Source: Nemertoderma westbladi
Taxonomy: Eukaryota > Animalia > Xenacoelomorpha
Direction of reading: 5' to 3'
DNA length: 61,916 bases
NCBI GenBank assembly: GCA_032718475.1
Contig: JAUCBJ010007519.1
Span: 1-61,916, forward strand
A program made the translations under genes and the position numbers. Position 1 is the first letter of the stretch, and the number at the start of each line of letters is the position of its first letter. Below are positions 22,301 through 35,068 of this stretch, piece by piece. A model generated the notes under the pieces. That model saw only the letters and a program-made list of their open reading frames with translations. It was not told the origin of the DNA and did not search any database.

Positions 22301-25300
22301 GTCCGCATGGCTAGCCGTTGGTTGATTACCTTCCACCAACCTTGTCTGCATTTCTAGCCGTTGGTTGATTACCTTCCGCCAACCTTGTCTGCAGGAGTAG
22401 CCGTTGGTTGATTACCTTCCACCAACCTTGTCTGCATGGCTAGCTGTTAGTTGATTACCTTCCACTAACCTTGTCTGCATGGCTAGCCGTTGGTTGATTA
22501 CCTCCCACCACCCTTGTCTGTATGTCTAGCTGTTGGTTGATTACCTTCCGCTGCCTTGTCTGCATGACTACCCGTTGGTTGATTACCTTCCACCACCTTG
22601 TCTGCATGGCTAGCCGTTGGTTGATTACCTTCGGCTAACCTTGTCTGCATGGCTAGCCGTTGGTTGATTACCTTCCACCGACCTTGTTTGTCTGCATGGC
22701 TAGCCGTTGGTTGATTACCTTCCCCCGACCTTGTCTGCATGGCTAGCCGTTGGTTGATTACCTCCCACCAACCTTGTCCGCATGGCAAGCCGTTGGTTGA
22801 TTACCTTCCACCAACCTTGTCTGCATGTATATATAGCCGTTGGTTGATTACCTTCCGCTGACCTTGTTTGTCTGCATGGCTAGCCGTTGGTTGATTACCT
22901 CCCACCAACCTTGTCCACATGGCTAGCCGTTAGTTGATTACCTTCCACCAACCTTGTCTGCATGTCTAGCCGTTGATTGATTACCTTCCGCCAACCTTGT
23001 CTGCATGGCTAGCCGTTGGTTGAATACCTTCTGCCAACCTTGACTGCAGGACTAACCATTGGTTGATCACCTTCCACCAACCTTGTCTGCATGGCTAGCC
23101 GTTGGTTGATTAACTTCCACCGACCTTGTCTGCATGGCTAGCCGTTGGTTGATAACCTTCTGCCGACCTTGACTGCATTGCTAGCCGTTGGTTGATTGCC
23201 TTCCCCCGACCTTGTCTGTCTGCATGGCTAGCCTTAGGTTGATTACCTTCCGCCGATCTTGTCTGTCTGCATGGCTAGCCGTTGGTTGATTACCTTCCAC
23301 CAACCTTGTCTGCATGTCTAACTGTTGGTTGATTACCTTCCGCCGAACGTGTCTGCATGTCTAGCCATTGGTTGATTAGCTTCCACCAACCTTGTCTGCA
23401 TGGCTAGCCGTTGGTTGAATACCTTCCACCAACCTTGTCTGCATGTCTAGTCGTTGGTTGATTACCTTCCGCCGACTTTGTCTGCATGACTAGCCGTTGG
23501 TTGATTACCTTCCACCAACCTAGTCTGCATGGCTAGCCGTTGGTTGATTACCTTCCGCTAACCTTGTCTGCATGGCTAGCCGTTGGTTGATTACCTTCCG
23601 CTAACCTTGTCTGCATGGCTAGCCGTTGGTTGATTACCTCCCCCCAACCTTGTCTGCATGTCTAGCCGTTGGTTGATTACCTTCCGCCGACCTTGTCTGC
23701 ATGACTACCCGTTGGTTGATTACCTTCCGCCAAACTTGTCTGCATGGCTAGCCACCTTCAGCTAACCTTGTCTGCATAGCTAGCCGTTGGTTGATTACCT
23801 TCCGCCGACCTTGTTTGTCTGCATGGCTAGCCATTGGTTGAGTACCTCCCACCAACCTTGTCCACATGGCTAGCCATTGGTTGATCACCTTCCACCAACC
23901 TTGTCTGCATGGCTAGCCGTTGGTTGATTACCTTCTGCCAACCTTGACTTCAGGACTAGCCGTTGGTTGATTACCTTCTGCCAACCTTGTCTGCATGTCT
24001 AGCCGTTGGTTGAATACCTTCCACCAACCTTGTCTGCATGGCTAGCCATTGGTTGATTACCTTCCACCGACCTTGTCTGCATGGCTAGCTGTTGGTTGAT
24101 TACCTTCCAATAACTTTGTCTGCATGACTAGCCGTTGGTTGATTACCTTCCACCAACCTAGTCTGCATGGCTAGCCGTTGGTTGATTACCTTCCGCTAAC
24201 CTTGTCTGCATGGCTAGCCATTGGTTGATTACCTCCCCCCAACCTTGTCTGCATGTCTAGCCGTTAGTTGATTACCTTCCGCCGACCTTGTCTGCATGAC
24301 TACCCGTTGGTTGATTGATTACCTTCCGCCAAACTTGTCTGCATGGCTAGCCATTGGTTGATTACCTTCAGCTAACCTTGTCTGCATAGCTAGCCGTTGG
24401 TTGATTACCTTCCGCCGACCTTGTTTGTCTGCATGGCTAGCCATTGGTTGATTACCTCCCACCAACCTTGTCCACATGGTTAGCGGTTGGTTGATTACCT
24501 TCTGCTAACCTTGTATGCATGGCTAGCCATTGGTTGATTACCTTCTGCCAACCTTGACTGCATTGCTAGCCGTTGGTTGATTGCCTTCCCCCGACCTTGT
24601 CTGTCTGCATTGCTAGCCTTAGGTTGATTACCTTCCGCCGATCTTGTCTGTCTGCATGGCTAGCCGTTGGTTGATTACCTTCCACCAACCTTGTCTGCAT
24701 GTCTAACTGTTGGTTGATTACCTTCCGCCGAACGTGTCTGCATGACTAGCCATTGGTTGATTAGCTTCCACCAACCTTGTCTGCATGGCTAATCGTTGGT
24801 TGAATACCTTCCACCAACCTTGTCTGCATGTCTAGTCGTTGGTTGATTACCTTCCGCCGACTTTGTCTGCATGACTAGCCGTTGGTTGATTACCTTCCAC
24901 CAACCTAGTCTGCATGGCTAGCCGTTTGTTGATTACCTTCCGCTAACCTTGTCTGCATGGCTAGCCATTGGTTGATTACCTCCCCCCAACCTTGTCTGCA
25001 TGTCTAGCCGTTGGTTGATTACCTTCCGCCGACCTTGTCTGCATGACTACCCGTTGGTTGATTACCTTCCGCCAAACTTGTCTGCATTGCTAGCCATTGG
25101 TTGATTACCTTCAGCTAACCTTGTCTGCAAAGCTAGCCGTTGGTTGATTACCTTCCGCCGACCTTGTTTGTCTGCATGGCTAGCCGTTGGTTGATTACCT
25201 CCCACCAACCTTGTCGACATGGCTAGCCGTTGGTTGATTACCTTCCACCAACCTTGTCTGCATGTCTAGCCGTTGATTGATTACCTTCCGCCAACCTTGT

Positions 25301-28300
25301 CTACATGGCTAGCCGTTGGTTGATTACCTTCTGCCAACCTTGACTTCAGGACTAGCCGTTGGGTGATTACCTTCTGCCAACCTTGTCTGCATGTCTAGCC
25401 GTTGGTTGAATACCTTCCACCAACCTTGTCTGCATGGCTAGCCATTGGTTGATTACTTTCCACCGACCTTGTCTGCATGGCTAGCCGTTGGTTGATTACC
25501 TTCTGCCGACCTTGTCTGCATGGCTAGCGGTTGGTTGATTACCTTCCGCTAACCTTGTATGCATGGCTAGCCGTTGGTTGATTACCTTCTGCCAACCTTG
25601 ACTGCAGGACTAGCCGTTGGTTGAGTACCTTGTGCCAACCTTGTCTACATGGCTAGCCATTGGTTGAATACCTTCCACCAACCTTGTCTGCATGGCTAGC
25701 CGTTGGTTGATTACCTTCCACCGACCTTGTCTGCATGGCTAGCCGTTGGTTGATTACCTTCTGCCGAGCTTGTCTGCATGGCTAGCGGTTGGTTGATTAC
25801 CTTCCGCTAACCTTGTCTGCATGTCTAGCCGTTGTTTGATTACCTTCCGCCAACCTTGTCTAGCATGGCTAGCCGTTGGTTGTTTACCCTCCGCCAACCT
25901 TATCTGCATGGCTAGCCGTTGGTTGATCACCTTCTGCCGACCTTGTCTGCATGGCTAGCCGTTGGTTGATTACCTTCTGCTAACCTTGTCTGCATGGCTA
26001 GCCGTTGATTGATTACCTTCCGCCAACCTTGTCTGCATGGCTAGCTGTTGGTTGATTACCTACCGCCAACCTTGTCTGCATGTCTAGCCGTTGGTTGATT
26101 ACCTTCCGCCGACCTTGTCTGCATGGCTAGCTGTAGGTTGATTACCTTCTGCCGACCTTGTCTGCATGGCTAGCCATAGGTTGATTGTCTTCCACCGACC
26201 TAATCTGAATGGCTATCCGTTGGTTGATTACCTTCCGCCAACCTTGTCTACATGGCTATCCATTGGTTGACTACCTTCCGCCAACCTTGTCTGCATGGCT
26301 AGCGGTTGGTTGATTACCTTCCGCCGACCTTGTCTGCATGGCTAGTCGTTGGTTGATTTACCTTCTGCCAACCTCATCTGCAGGAGTAGCCGTTGGTTGA
26401 TTACCTTCCGCCAACCTTGTCTGCATGGCTATCTGTTGGTTGATTACCTTCCGCCGACCATGTCTGCTTTGCTAGCCATTGGTTGATTAGCTTCTGCCGA
26501 CCTTGTCTGCATGGCTAGACATTGGTTGATTATCTTCCACCGACCTCGCCTGCATGGCTAGTCGTTGGTTGATTACCTTCCGCTAACCTTGTCTACATGG
26601 CTATCCGTTGGTTGATTACCTTCTGCTAACCTTGTCTGCATGGCTAGTCGTTGGTTGATTACCTTCCGCTAACCTTGTCTGCATGGCTATCCGTTGGTTG
26701 ATTACCTTGGGCCAAATTTGTCTGCATGTCTAGCCGTTTGTTGATTACCTTCCGCTAACCTTGACTGCATGGCTCGCCGTTGGTTGATTACCTTCCGCCG
26801 ACCTTGTTTGTCTGCATGGCTAGCCGTTGGTTGATTACCTCCCACCAACCTTGTCCGCATGGCTAGCAGTTGGTTGATTACCTTCCACCAACCTTGTCTG
26901 CATTTCTAGCCGTTGGTTGATTTCCTTCCGCCGACCTTGTCTGCATGACTACCCGTTGGTTGATTACCTTCCGCCAACCTTGTCTGCATGGCTAGCCGTT
27001 GGTTGATTATCTTCCGCCAACCTCGTCTGCATGGCTAGCCGTTGGTTGATTACCTTCCACCAACCTTGTCTACATGACTATCCTTTGGTTGATTACCTTA
27101 CACCGACCTTGTCTCCATGGCAAGCCGTTGGTTGATTACCTTCCGCCAACCCTGTCTGCATGTCTAGCCATTGGTTGATTACCTTCCGCCAACCTTGTCT
27201 GCATGGCTAGCCGTTGGTTGACTACCTTCCACCAACCCTGTCTGCATGGCTAGCCGTTGGTTGATTACCTTCCACCAACCTTGTCTGCATGTCTAGCTGT
27301 TGGTTGATTACCTTCCCCCAACCTCGTCTGCATGGCTAGCCATTGGTTGATTACCTTCCGACACCACCTCGTCTGCATGTCTAGCCTTAGGTTGATTTGA
27401 TTACCTTCCGCCAACCTCGTCTGCATGGCTAGCTGTTGGTTGATTACCTTCCGCCAACCTCATCTGCCTGGCTAGCTGTTGGTTGTTTACCTTCTGCCAA
27501 CCTTGTCTGCATGGCTAGCCGTTGGTTGATTACCTTCCACCGACCCTGTCTGCATGGCTAGCCGTTGGTTGATTACCTTCCACCGACCCTGTTTGCATGG
27601 CTAGCCGTTGTTTGTTTACCTTCCGCCAACCCTGTCTGCATGGCTAGCCGTTGGTTGAATACCTTCCACCAACCTTGTCTGCATGTCTAGCCGTTGGTTG
27701 ATTACCTTCCTCCAACCTTGTCTACATGTCTAGCCGTTGGTTGTTTACCTTCCGCCAACCTTGTCTACATGTCTAGCCGTTGGTTGATTACCTTCCACCA
27801 ACCTAGTCTGCATGGCTAGCCGTTGGTTGATTACCTTCCGCTAACCTTGTCTGCATGGCTAGCCATTGGTTGATTACCTCCCCCCAACCTTGTCTGCATG
27901 TCTAGCCGTTAGTTGATTACCTTCCGCCGACCTTGTCTGCATGACTACCCGTTGGTTGATTGATTACCTTCCGCCAAACTTGTCTGCATGGCTAGCCATT
28001 GGTTGATTACCTTCAGCTAACCTTGTCTGCATAGCTAGCCGTTGGTTGATTACCTTCCGCCGACCTTGTTTGTCTGCATGGCTAGCCATTGGTTGATTAC
28101 CTCCCACCAACCTTGTCCACATGGCTAGCGGTTGGTTGATTACCTTCTGCTAACCTTGTATGCATGGCTAGCCATTGGTTGATTACCTTCTGCCAACCTT
28201 GACTGCATTGCTAGCCGTTGGTTGATTGCCTTCCCCCGACCTTGTCTGTCTGCATTGCTAGCCTTAGGTTGATTACCTTCCGCCGATCTTGTCTGTCTGC

Positions 28301-30787
28301 ATGGCTAGCCGTTGGTTGATTACCTTCCACCAACCTTGTCTGCATGTCTAACTGTTGGTTGATTACCTTCCGCCGAACGTGTCTGCATGACTAGCCATTG
28401 GTTGATTAGCTTCCACCAACCTTGTCTGCATGGCTAATCGTTGGTTGAATACCTTCCACCAACCTTGTCTGCATGTCTAGTCGTTGGTTGATTACCTTCC
28501 GCCGACTTTGTCTGCATGACTAGCCGTTGGTTGATTACCTTCCACCAACCTAGTCTGCATGGCTAGCCGTTTGTTGATTACCTTCCGCTAACCTTGTCTG
28601 CATGGCTAGCCATTGGTTGATTACCTCCCCCCAACCTTGTCTGCATGTCTAGCCGTTGGTTGATTACCTTCCGCCGACCTTGTCTGCATGACTACCCGTT
28701 GGTTGATTACCTTCCGCCAAACTTGTCTGCATTGCTAGCCATTGGTTGATTACCTTCAGCTAACCTTGTCTGCAAAGCTAGCCGTTGGTTGATTACCTTC
28801 CGCCGACCTTGTTTGTCTGCATGGCTAGCCGTTGGTTGATTACCTCCCACCAACCTTGTCGACATGGCTAGCCGTTGGTTGATTACCTTCCACCAACCTT
28901 GTCTGCATGTCTAGCCGTTGATTGATTACCTTCCGCCAACCTTGTCTACATGGCTAGCCGTTGGTTGATTACCTTCTGCCAACCTTGACTTCAGGACTAG
29001 CCGTTGGGTGATTACCTTCTGCCAACCTTGTCTGCATGTCTAGCCGTTGGTTGAATACCTTCCACCAACCTTGTCTGCATGGCTAGCCATTGGTTGATTA
29101 CTTTCCACCGACCTTGTCTGCATGGCTAGCCGTTGGTTGATTACCTTCTGCCGACCTTGTCTGCATGGCTAGCGGTTGGTTGATTACCTTCCGCTAACCT
29201 TGTATGCATGGCTAGCCGTTGGTTGATTACCTTCTGCCAACCTTGACTGCAGGACTAGCCGTTGGTTGAGTACCTTGTGCCAACCTTGTCTACATGGCTA
29301 GCCATTGGTTGAATACCTTCCACCAACCTTGTCTGCATGGCTAGCCGTTGGTTGATTACCTTCCACCGACCTTGTCTGCATGGCTAGCCGTTGGTTGATT
29401 ACCTTCTGCCGAGCTTGTCTGCATGGCTAGCGGTTGGTTGATTACCTTCCGCTAACCTTGTCTGCATGTCTAGCCGTTGTTTGATTACCTTCCGCCAACC
29501 TTGTCTACATGGCTAGCCGTTGGTTGTTTACCCTCCGCCAACCTTATCTGCATGGCTAGCCGTTGGTTGATCACCTTCTGCCGACCTTGTCTGCATGGCT
29601 AGCCGTTGGTTGATTACCTTCTGCTAACCTTGTCTGCATGGCTAGCCGTTGATTGATTACCTTCCGCCAACCTTGTCTGCATGGCTAGCTGTTGGTTGAT
29701 TACCTACCGCCAACCTTGTCTGCATGTCTAGCCGTTGGTTGATTACCTTCCGCCGACCTTGTCTGCATGGCTAGCTGTAGGTTGATTACCTTCTGCCGAC
29801 CTTGTCTGCATGGCTAGCCATAGGTTGATTGTCTTCCACCGACCTAATCTGAATGGCTATCCGTTGGTTGATTACCTTCCGCCAACCTTGTCTACATGGC
29901 TATCCATTGGTTGACTACCTTCCGCCAACCTTGTCTGCATGGCTAGCGGTTGGTTGATTACCTTCCGCCGACCTTGTCTGCATGGCTAGTCGTTGGTTGA
30001 TTTACCTTCTGCCAACCTCATCTGCAGGAGTAGCCGTTGGTTGATTACCTTCCGCCAACCTTGTCTGCATGGCTATCTGTTGGTTGATTACCTTCCGCCG
30101 ACCATGTCTGCTTTGCTAGCCATTGGTTGATTAGCTTCTGCCGACCTTGTCTGCATGGCTAGACATTGGTTGATTATCTTCCACCGACCTCGCCTGCATG
30201 GCTAGTCGTTGGTTGATTACCTTCCGCTAACCTTGTCTACATGGCTATCCGTTGGTTGATTACCTTCTGCTAACCTTGTCTGCATGGCTAGTCGTTGGTT
30301 GATTACCTTCCGCTAACCTTGTCTGCATGGCTATCCGTTGGTTGATTACCTTGGGCCAAATTTGTCTGCATGTCTAGCCGTTTGTTGATTACCTTCCGCT
30401 AACCTTGACTGCATGGCTCGCCGTTGGTTGATTACCTTCCGCCGACCTTGTTTGTCTGCATGGCTAGCCGTTGGTTGATTACCTCCCACCAACCTTGTCC
30501 GCATGGCTAGCAGTTGGTTGATTACCTTCCACCAACCTTGTCTGCATTTCTAGCCGTTGGTTGATTTCCTTCCGCCGACCTTGTCTGCATGACTACCCGT
30601 TGGTTGATTACCTTCCGCCAACCTTGTCTGCATGGCTAGCCGTTGGTTGATTATCTTCCGCCAACCTCGTCTGCATGGCTAGCCGTTGGTTGATTACCTT
30701 CCACCAACCTTGTCTACATGACTATCCTTTGGTTGATTACCTTACACCGACCTTGTCTCCATGGCAAGCCGTTGGTTGATTACCTTC
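16327..30787. repeat. 43-bp satellite, main block (14.5 kb, ~330 monomers) with higher-order duplications
   Basis: Diagnostic variants recur at ~5.1-5.2 kb (tgtatatatagcc ~17691/~22826) and 3644 bp (ctaatctgaatgg ~26200/~29844). Confidence 0.97.
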
Positions 30788-32060
30788 TGTTCGCGCTTTC
30801 GAAGACCTTTAGCAGTTTAACCTGCCAAAATTTATATGTCTTTTCGTTAATTAAAACCACTTTAGCATACGACAATAATTTATGCTAATACGCAAAACAT
30901 TAGCCGAAGTCAGCCCATGCGCGATCATTCACCCGATGGATCTACACCCGGGAGACTGAATTCGGATGCTTGAATTGTATTATTACAGTGTAAGGTTGCA
31001 GTGTATACCTAATGTATTATTCGATAGATCGTTAATAATTAATCTCTGACAGATATTATTGGCTTTCGGGAAATATTAACAGTTCCTTTAGGACGTGGCG
31101 CTTTACCTATTTAAACAGAACTAAGACTTATACTAAACGCAACGATACTGCTGCTGATTAAAGTATAAAACGTATTCTTTAGGAAATACTTTGTTACCAA
31201 TCACAATCATACACACTATTCTGCCGACAGTCAGTATATTTGATCACACATAAAGAGAGCAGTAATTGACTCGCGTAGGGTCTGCTAAATAACATTGGAT
31301 TCAATACACACCACATTAATATAAATCGCAATTGTTATATATAGCCGGTCTCTCTAACCTGTAGTGTTATCAAGAAAATTGGGAATTGGGTGATTTATCC
31401 GTATTATCCAAATAGCAATATTTCCATCAACAAATATTTACAATTAATAACTGACGGTAAAATAACAGTACAAACAATATGATTAATGCAATTAAATTAA
31501 GTGAGTATGTTAATTAAGATTGATCAATTAGCGGTGCGAAGATTCGATTCGGTAACAGTTTATACTTTCGATAATTCAAGCAGTTCTGCAGTTCACGGTA
31601 CAGCAGTATCTATCCAAAAATGCCGGTGTTTCTGGCTTAGACAGCAATAACAACAAAAGTAACAACTCTCTCTCTCAGGTAACAACTCTCTCCCTTATGA
31701 TCGGCAGGAAAGCTACACGTCGACAGGAAAAACCGCCCTGATTGGCCCAAGCCAAACAAAGAACCACGCTGCCAATGGCTGTTTCCATGTCAGCAACCAG
31801 CTGCTAGATGTCGTAATATGAATCATCACGGCTAAGCTGTGAAAGGTGGTTTGTGCATTACAAGTTTTTGTCTTACCATGTCCGCTAAAACACGTATATA
31901 GCAGAATGATTTTTATGTCCGTTAAAACACCTGTAAAGGTACCTTGCGGGCGAGGGGAATATATCTACAGTTAGAAAACCTTTTAGAGTATTCCAGCGCC
32001 TGTGGGGAAACTGGATTGCGAAGCAAAAGGGGCCAGTTATATCCCACAGAAGCTTTTACA
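30788..32060 (-). repeat. 3' LTR of element B (1273 bp)
   Basis: tgttcgcgctttc...agcttttaca on +. Confidence 0.93.
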
Positions 32061-32086
32061 CCGCTCCCAGAAAATGGGATTTAAGT

Positions 32087-33444
32087 CTATAAAATATACA
32101 AAATCACAGTTTCTAAAATATAAAAATACTCTAAACAGTTAGTCTTTCTTGCGCGGACGGCGTTTACGCAGTTTTTTAAAGCTAGCAAGAGTCCTTTTCT
32201 CTTTGGGGCGAGCCACTTTACTAGGAGGGCTATAACTCCTGGGTGAAGGGTGCAATATGATTGCATCAGAAGGTATGGGATTGCGATCGGTATATCCGCC
32301 GGTCGAAGTACCGGGTTGATTGACATCAACGTCCGGGGAGAGGGGTCTAACGGCTTTGAGAGCTCGTTTCAAGACAGCCGCTCTTACGGGTCCTTTACGA
32401 GTGGTCTGAACGAGGGCCGTGGGTGGACCATAGGCCGTTAGAAACTTCCTTGGTTTAATGGTTCCTTCTAACTCGCGTTCGCGGGCTCGATACTCGTAAG
32501 GCCGTCGATATACTTCTTGTAACTCAATATGCGTGATTTCTGTTCGACAGAAGCGAATAGATAAGGATGGAACGCATAAATTCCTTCGTAAGCGCGTCCA
32601 GGATAATAGCGATGGCGCGAATCACGATGTAAATCAGCGTTCGCTTCCCAAGCTCTAATGTAACGTAGTGTGATCATTTCATCTACGCTTTCCAAATCGC
32701 GATTAAAAAGGGCAATCGAAACTGGCGTGTCCCTTTAGTTGACAGTGGTGACATTGAGTCATAAATTGAGGGCAAACCGCAAAAATATGCAAATTATTAA
32801 ATCGGCAATACGCGCAATAAATTTCCATCGCCGGTTGTTCGTGGAAATAGGAACAGCGGACGTTTGTGTCCATGGGCGTAACATGGTCTCTCGATGCGCA
32901 TAACCGACAACGTTGCCGAGAAACATAGTTGGCATGGCGATAATCGTACGCAGTGAGACACTGTGGACCTTGATACCATTCTAGGATGTAATCGTTGTCG
33001 CTGTTCCGAGCGCGATAGGCTGAATCTCTTCAGATTCCAGACATATTGGTTCGTCTTCCCAGTCTGTTACGAATAGAATTTTCGTGATCTATTCTCGGTT
33101 TATCGTTACGACGCCGCTGGGTATGATATTTAAATAGAACCATTTCCCTTTCGGTGTCTACATCGTCCGTATCATGTAAATCGATAGGATGGCCGGTAGT
33201 TAAGAAGTCCATATACGTACCATTACGATGCGTATAGCGAGCGGCTAACTCTCGATAGTCCAATTCACGCGTAAGTTGCTCTTGGGACATCGGCGGTTCG
33301 ATATCGTTAATCGATGAATAAACGACCATCGCCCCCCGTAATAGTCGGATCGGCTTCACCGCGTATCAAGCTATCCACAAACGCTTGTAAAGGTAGAGTA
33401 TATCGCTCCCTGATACCAAGGCCATCCTCCATCAATTCCGTCAT
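32087..33444 (-). pseudogene. Degenerate extra 3' ORF region of unknown function in B
   Basis: MTELMEDGLGIRERYTLPLQAFVDSLIRG, frameshift, IEPPMSQEQLTRELDYRELAARYTHRNGTYMDFLTT; short ORFs 32468-32695 and 32087-32329. Confidence 0.55.
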
Positions 33445-35068
33445 ATCTGTTATCTGAGTTTATTAATATCAATATGAGTTAATATTTTAGGCAAGCGGGC
33501 GTCACTGCCTACTAGGCCTTTTGCCCCCGGACAGTGGGTTTCTCAGCGCCGATGTACCGCTGTCGCAGTGTTTACGCCAACATGTAGCAACAGCACGACA
33601 ACGATAACCGACACAAGTCCCACCACTGTCCGTCCCAAAGGCTTGAATCCACTTGAGGTTATCTCGGTAGAGTTAAGGCTATTTTACAATTGCGATTAGC
33701 TACTGTAAACACACTTTAGTAGTAACATTCACCTATAAACGCACAAATTCCATACAATCATTACTTACTACACACATGCATGCCATTTGTCCGTTAGTCA
33801 GTGTCTTCCAGAATGTCACGTTATTACTATGTATCCTTGGATACTAATAGTGCGCTATGTATACTCTTATGCTACGCAATGGGGCAAGCTTTTATTGGTC
33901 CTTTAACTTGTTTCTAATTCTAGCGTGGGTGTTGCCATGGTGACATTATGGAAAACTAGTGGTAGAATTAGGGCAATCCTCATGCATACAGATCTGGGAT
34001 GTTATTTAATAGTAATTCTTTAATTGTCAATATCCTCTTTATGCATGATTTTATAAATTTTATCGGCTATTGACTATATGTTGGAGATTCTCACACTCTA
34101 GCACACTCAATATGAATCTCCGCTCCCATGATCTATTAATTACTGGAATTTTGGGAATGTTATAAATTGCACAAAATGACAATTTATGAAATTCATTCGA
34201 ATATGAATTTAAATTTATTCCCGTGAATTTTATTATTTGATATTAAATTGACATAAATTTTATTCCAGAGCATATCTGGGAACTCAGGATCCTTAATTCT
34301 GTAAAATTTGTCTTTTAAGAGTATCGGTAAGTGTTACGATATCTTAATCGACTAGAATTGTTAACGGATCTGAATTTTACAGATTTTAATAAATATTAAA
34401 TTAATATTTAGGATGGGCACCAATTTATTCCAGAACTTGTCTGGGGACGTTAACCACTGATTCTAGAATTTGTCTTTCAAGTATATCGGTGGGTGCCACG
34501 ATATCTTAATCGACTAGAATTACAGGTGGTCAAAAATTTAACAGATTTATTTGCGATTTACGCTACTGTTAGAGGGACATCACGCTACTATATGGATTAT
34601 TTGTTATAAGGTAGAAGAGCAATATCGCACGAAGCAATGTCAGTGTGAAGAGGCAAGTCGTTTCCAAGGTCTACCCAGAGCTTGGTTTAGCCGAGACACG
34701 AGGATCTGAACTTTGCATTCCTAATACTCTGCCTACCAATAATACTTAAATATAGTAGTGGCTTTACTGTACTTTAAGAAGTACTGACATGTCATCTTAC
34801 TATAGTCTCGCATTTATAATATAATACGGACAGTAAGGAAAGAGAAAATAATTACTTCTTGCCGTCGCACTAAATATATATTATAAGTAATTATGTACGT
34901 AATAAACACTAATATATTGCACTAATCTACTAACATTCTAAAATAACATTTTACTAAATAAAATTAAATAAAACGATTATACTAAAGTACATAATAATCC
35001 ATACCTAAATATAAAATAATAATAAAAAAATATAAAATAATATAGTCACACACCCACTCCATATATAA

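Noticed and set aside
16327-30787. 43-bp array as CRISPR array or coding repeat (ORFs 17363, 21325, 22498, 3462)
   Set aside because: No unique spacers, no cas genes, eukaryotic context; unit length not a multiple of 3, so the ORFs are chance read-throughs.
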